From Candidatus Uhrbacteria bacterium (GTDB lineage Bacteria; Patescibacteriota; Patescibacteriia; UBA9934; GWF2-40-263), in assembly GCA_037131775.1 (NCBI GenBank), contig JBAXQK010000002.1, positions 87,493 to 151,492 of the forward strand: DNA of 64,000 nucleotides. The letters run 5' to 3'. The position numbers and the translations under genes were made by a program. Position 1 is the first letter of the stretch. Each line of letters begins with the position of its first letter. The notes under the pieces are model-generated. The model did not search any database. It saw only the letters and a list, made by a program, of their open reading frames with translations, and was not told the origin of the DNA. This document shows positions 60,093-64,000 of the stretch, piece after piece.

Positions 60093-60404
60093 TTATGCGT
60101 GCTTCTCGATCTTGGCGCGAAGCGCCTCCTTCGTCATCGATCCCGAAAATTGGTCGACCACCTGGCCGCCCTTGAAGATCAGGAACGTGGGGATCGACAG
60201 GATGTTGTAGCGCTGGGCGATGTCGGAGTGGTCGTCGACGTTCACCTTGGCGAACACGACTTCCGTCATCTCGGCCGCGAGCTCTTCCATGACCGGGGCC
60301 ATCAGCTTGCACGGACCGCACCACGGGGCCCAAAAATCCACGAGCACGAGGTCCGAGGAGGCAAGGACGGAGGCGTCGAAGTTCGATGATGTGAGTTCTA
60401 ACAT
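60093..60404 (-). CDS. trxA: thioredoxin
   Basis: DFWAPWCGPCK. Confidence 0.97.
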   Translation of the reverse strand: MLELTSSNFDASVLASSDLVLVDFWAPWCGPCKLMAPVMEELAAEMTEVVFAKVNVDDHSDIAQRYNILSIPTFLIFKGGQVVDQFSGSMTKEALRAKIEKHA

Positions 60405-60500
60405 AGTGGTTGAGTGATGAAGTGATTGAGTGATTGAGTGATGGAGGATTAAGCCGCAAAGCCACTCCACGACTTCACCACTCCATCACTCCGTCACTTC
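60405..60500. repeat. intergenic hairpin of 8-bp gagtgatt/tcactc repeats
   Basis: tgagtgatgaagtgattgagtgattgagtgatgg ... ccactccatcactccgtcacttc. Confidence 0.75.
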
Positions 60501-60501
60501 T

Positions 60502-62541
60502 TTACCGCAGATCAATTCCTTCGATGTTGAGAATGCGCGTCTTGGATTCCTCGTAGTACGTTTCCAGGATGTCGCCGACTTCGATCTTGGCCTTGCCCTG
60601 ATACTCGATGCCGCACTCGGAGCCGCCGTTCACTTCCTTCACGGACTGCTTGCCGTACTGCAACTTCACGATCTCCCCCTCGCCGATGACTTCCGGCTCG
60701 CCGGTGACCGGGGACATGCGCATCGCGCGCAGCTTGCATCCGACGCGAATCTTCTCGCCCAGGATCTTGCCGCCGATGACGCCGCCCTTGTCGAGCTTCT
60801 TGAACACCGCGAGCACCTCGATCTTTCCGGTCTCGGTGATGATCTGCTCGTTCGGAAGCATCTTCTGCAGGCGCGCGAGGATGTCCTCGAACAGCTTATA
60901 GATGACCTCGAACTGGAGGATCTCCACGTTCTTATCGCGGCCGTGCGAGGCGGCGCTGGCGGTCGGCTTCACGTCAAAGGCATACACGATGGAGTGCGTC
61001 GCCTCGGCCTTGTCCACGTCCACGTCGGTGATGTTTCCGAGACCCTTCGCGACCACTTCGACGCCGACCAGGTCGTGCTTCACCTTCTCAAGCATGCCGA
61101 GCACCGCCTCGAGCGAACCGAGCACGTCGGCGCGCAGGATGATGTTGAGCAATTTTTTGCCTTCCTTGTTCTCCGGCTTGGAAATCGTCGAGACGGTGGA
61201 TTCCACGGCCGACGTCACCGGCTTGCGCATGCGCGCCAGGGCCTTCTCGTCCTCCGGAACCTCGATCACGTCTCCCACCGCCGGGGCGACTTTAAATCCA
61301 AGAATCTTCACCGGCATGCTGGGCGCCGCGTCCTTCACGATCTCGCCCTGCCAGTTCTTCATCATGCGCACGCGGCCGAACAGCGCGCCGCGAATGCCGA
61401 TGGTATCGCCCATGCGAAGCGTTCCGGCCTGGATGAGCGCCGTCGCGACCGGGCCTTCGCCCTTGTCGATGTGCGACTCGATGATCGTTCCGGCCGCGCG
61501 GCGGTCCGGGTTTGCCACGATCTTGGCCTGTTCCATCTCGTTGACGAGAAGCAGCGCGTCCAAGAGCTCGTCCATCCCCTGCCCCGTCTTCGCGGACACC
61601 GGGATGATCATCGTCTTTCCACCCCACTCTTCCGGCAACAGGTTGAGCTCGGCGAGCTGTCCCTTCACGCGCTCCGGATTGGCATCGGGCTTGTCGATCT
61701 TGTTGAGCGCGACGACGTACGGAAGACCGGCGGCCTTGATGATGTCCACGGCCTCCTTGGTCTGCGGCTGCACGCCGTCGTCGGCGGCGACCACGAGAAT
61801 GGCGATGTCGGCGACCTTGGCTCCGCGCGAACGCATGACGGTAAACGCCTCGTGTCCAGGAGTGTCGATAAACGTAATCAGCTTCTCCTTGCGGACGACC
61901 TGGTACGCGCCGATGTGCTGCGTGATTCCTCCGGCCTCGGATTCCATCACGTTGGTGGTGCGGATCGAGTCGAGGATCTTCGTCTTTCCATGGTCGACGT
62001 GGCCCATCACCACGATGACCGGCGGACGTGCCTTCAGGTTCTCCTGCTTCTCGCCGGCGAACAGCGCCGTCAAACGCGACGCGCCCTCGTCATCCTTCGC
62101 GTCGTCGGCAGGCTTTCCAACCTGCGGCTCGGCCTTCACGCCGAGGTCGCCGGACACGATCGCGGCCGTTTCAAAATCGATGCGTTCGTTCAACGAGGCC
62201 AAGATGCCGTTCTTCATCAGTTCGCGCATCACCTTCGCCATCGGGATGTCGATGAGCGCCGCGAAGTCGCGCACGGTCATGACCGCCGGAAGCATGACGG
62301 TCCGAATGACCGCCGGAGCATCCCCAGCCTTCTGAGCCGCCCCGCGGTTCAATTGCTCGTCGCGAATCGCCCCCATTCGCTCACGTCGCTTCATTTCGGC
62401 CCATGCCGCAACAATGCGATTCGCGTCGCGATCGTTCACCTTCACGGAGTTGCGCCCATATCCCAAGCCCAACGTGGGAAGTTTCTCGCGCAGCTCATCG
62501 GTAGGAACCTTCAGTTTACGGGCGATTTCTGTAATGTTCAT
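60502..62541 (-). CDS. infB: translation initiation factor IF-2
   Basis: [31 protein letters not shown]. Confidence 0.98.
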   Translation of the reverse strand: MNITEIARKLKVPTDELREKLPTLGLGYGRNSVKVNDRDANRIVAAWAEMKRRERMGAIRDEQLNRGAAQKAGDAPAVIRTVMLPAVMTVRDFAALIDIPMAKVMRELMKNGILASLNERIDFETAAIVSGDLGVKAEPQVGKPADDAKDDEGASRLTALFAGEKQENLKARPPVIVVMGHVDHGKTKILDSIRTTNVMESEAGGITQHIGAYQVVRKEKLITFIDTPGHEAFTVMRSRGAKVADIAILVVAADDGVQPQTKEAVDIIKAAGLPYVVALNKIDKPDANPERVKGQLAELNLLPEEWGGKTMIIPVSAKTGQGMDELLDALLLVNEMEQAKIVANPDRRAAGTIIESHIDKGEGPVATALIQAGTLRMGDTIGIRGALFGRVRMMKNWQGEIVKDAAPSMPVKILGFKVAPAVGDVIEVPEDEKALARMRKPVTSAVESTVSTISKPENKEGKKLLNIILRADVLGSLEAVLGMLEKVKHDLVGVEVVAKGLGNITDVDVDKAEATHSIVYAFDVKPTASAASHGRDKNVEILQFEVIYKLFEDILARLQKMLPNEQIITETGKIEVLAVFKKLDKGGVIGGKILGEKIRVGCKLRAMRMSPVTGEPEVIGEGEIVKLQYGKQSVKEVNGGSECGIEYQGKAKIEVGDILETYYEESKTRILNIEGIDLR

Positions 62542-63557
62542 GCAGGGGGAGTATATCGGGATCGGGGGTTGGAGTCAATGGATTCGGAGACGCGGCGTGC
62601 CAGCCTTTGCCCGTTGCCATGTGCCAGGAGTCCTTGGTACGACGCAATGGCCAACTCTCCCGCGCCACCATTGATCGCGGCGAACATGCGCGCCTCCGTC
62701 GAATGTCGAAGAACTCGATGGTCCGGAAAGTGGACCCAACCTAGGAAATCAACGCCGGATGCGAACGTCCGGATCTCGACCTTGTCGGGATGGAGTTCAA
62801 GTTGGAGCTCGCGCGACAGGAAGTCGCGGATGCAGTCCAGGGCGACGACAAGGTAATCGCGATCGTGGAACAGTAATGCGAAGTCGTCGGCGTAACGAAC
62901 ATAGTGACGCACGCTCAAGCGACACTTCACGTACTGGTCGAGCGCATCCATATAGACGTTCGCAAACAACTGCGACGTCAGGTTGCCGAGCGGCAGCCCC
63001 TTGCCCGACTGGACATGAAAACTCCGCACGATCGTTTCCAGGAGCGCGACGGTGCGCGTGTCGGCGATCCGCCCGCCGACGATTCGCAAGAGGACGTCGT
63101 GATCGATGGACGCGAAGAACTTCCGAATGTCGCATTTCAAGACCCAAGCGGTTCTACGATGGTTGCGCGAAATTTGTCCCGCAAACATCCGAAACCGATC
63201 CATCGCCGCGTGCGTTCCCTTCTCGTCGCGGCAGGAAAACGAGTCCGAGATGAACGTCCGGTCGAAAGCGGGGTATAATTGCCGGTGGATGGCACGGTGC
63301 AGAACACGGTCCGCGACGGTCGCCTTGTGAATCTGCCTCGGCTTCGGGTCGGAGATGGCGAACGCACGGTACGGCCCGTGGCGGTACGTCCCGTTTGCCA
63401 GCCGTCGGTGAAGCTGAATCAGATTTCCCATCAGACCAAACGCAAACGCTTGCGTATCTTCCCTCCCGCGCTTCCCGATGACGAATTCTTCCCATGCGCC
63501 TAACAAATTCTCGAGCGAGATAATTTCCTCATAGCTATGCAAGTCCAACGTTCCCAT
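62538..63557 (-). CDS. reverse transcriptase, DGR class
   Basis: KPRQI..ATVADRVLHRA, KCDIRKFFASIDH, GLPLGNLTSQLFANVY, YVRYADD, GVDFLG; no maturase or endonuclease domain; alternative TTG start at 63584. Confidence 0.92.
   Translation of the reverse strand: MGTLDLHSYEEIISLENLLGAWEEFVIGKRGREDTQAFAFGLMGNLIQLHRRLANGTYRHGPYRAFAISDPKPRQIHKATVADRVLHRAIHRQLYPAFDRTFISDSFSCRDEKGTHAAMDRFRMFAGQISRNHRRTAWVLKCDIRKFFASIDHDVLLRIVGGRIADTRTVALLETIVRSFHVQSGKGLPLGNLTSQLFANVYMDALDQYVKCRLSVRHYVRYADDFALLFHDRDYLVVALDCIRDFLSRELQLELHPDKVEIRTFASGVDFLGWVHFPDHRVLRHSTEARMFAAINGGAGELAIASYQGLLAHGNGQRLARRVSESIDSNPRSRYTPPA
62550..62578 (-). promoter_or_regulatory. infB promoter inside the RT 3' end
   Basis: TTGACT-17-TATACT, ending 8 nt before the infB ATG. 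Confidence 0.65.
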
Positions 63558-63972
63558 GCCAAAGATGCTACCCCCCCCCCGCAATTTCTTGCCAGTGCTC
63601 CAAAAGCTGAAGTCGGCCTACCTCGCCTGGTTTGACGACTACGCCAGGCTCCCAAAGGTCCACAGGTATTCCATCGGCACGCGCGTCGACAATCTGCTCG
63701 TGGAATGCATCGAGTCGGTAAGCGAGGCTGCGTTCACTCCGGGGATGGACAAGGCTCCGTGCATCCGCCTTGCCGCGCGAAAGCTCGACACGGTAAAGCT
63801 ATTCCTCATGATCCTGTGGGAAGCGCATTCGATCGACCAGGGCCGATACATTGAGCTTTCCGTTCGGTTCGACGAAATCGGCCAGAACCTCGGCGGGTGG
63901 CTCGGCAGCGTTCTCAAGCCGAAGCCGGAGCCGAAACAAAACTCCCCGGAGCCGGTGTCCGAGGAGAAATGA
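63556..63972 (+). CDS. avd: DGR accessory variability determinant (Avd-like four-helix bundle)
   Basis: LPKVHRYSIGTR..., KLDTVKLFL, EIGQNLGGWL; adjacent to a DGR-type RT. Confidence 0.85.
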   Translation: MPKMLPPPRNFLPVLQKLKSAYLAWFDDYARLPKVHRYSIGTRVDNLLVECIESVSEAAFTPGMDKAPCIRLAARKLDTVKLFLMILWEAHSIDQGRYIELSVRFDEIGQNLGGWLGSVLKPKPEPKQNSPEPVSEEK

Positions 63973-64000
63973 AGAGGGTTGCGGCGGGCGCGGAAACGGG

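Noticed and set aside
62538-63557. RT as a group II intron or retron
   Set aside because: No maturase or endonuclease extension, no room for an intron RNA or msr-msd, and an Avd-like neighbour points to a DGR

Overview
GC-rich bacterial chromosome segment using the standard genetic code. A Patescibacteria/CPR-type organism is inferred from SD-less housekeeping genes, a split str/S10 locus and the style of the DGR cassette. Housekeeping content: S10-spc ribosomal genes with tuf (1-7.4 kb), rpsL-rpsG-fusA (18.6-21.8 kb), murA, metK with a SAM-I riboswitch, rsmE, tRNA-Pro(GGG), ndk, a split comEC, ugd, leuS, class I lysS and infB-trxA-trxB, with many accessory genes between them. Highlights: (1) at the right edge, a diversity-generating retroelement core in which the RT and Avd genes are head-to-head, share a CATG, and have a C10 tract just inside avd; TR and VR are not visible in the window. 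(2) A DUF559 endonuclease inserted inside the comEC locus and bracketed by a 45-bp palindromic repeat that is also scattered, in frame, through other genes. (3) A RAYT with non-GTAG REPs, one copy of which sits inside rsmE. (4) A candidate Ile/Leu/Val leader-peptide attenuator. (5) A candidate stand-alone ncRNA. (6) Several intergenic hairpins built from short-period repeats. (7) A lytic transglycosylase-peptidase fusion, a DUF488/dual-OB pair and a RelA/SpoT-like nucleotidyltransferase. All family calls come from motifs recognised by eye; no searches were run.
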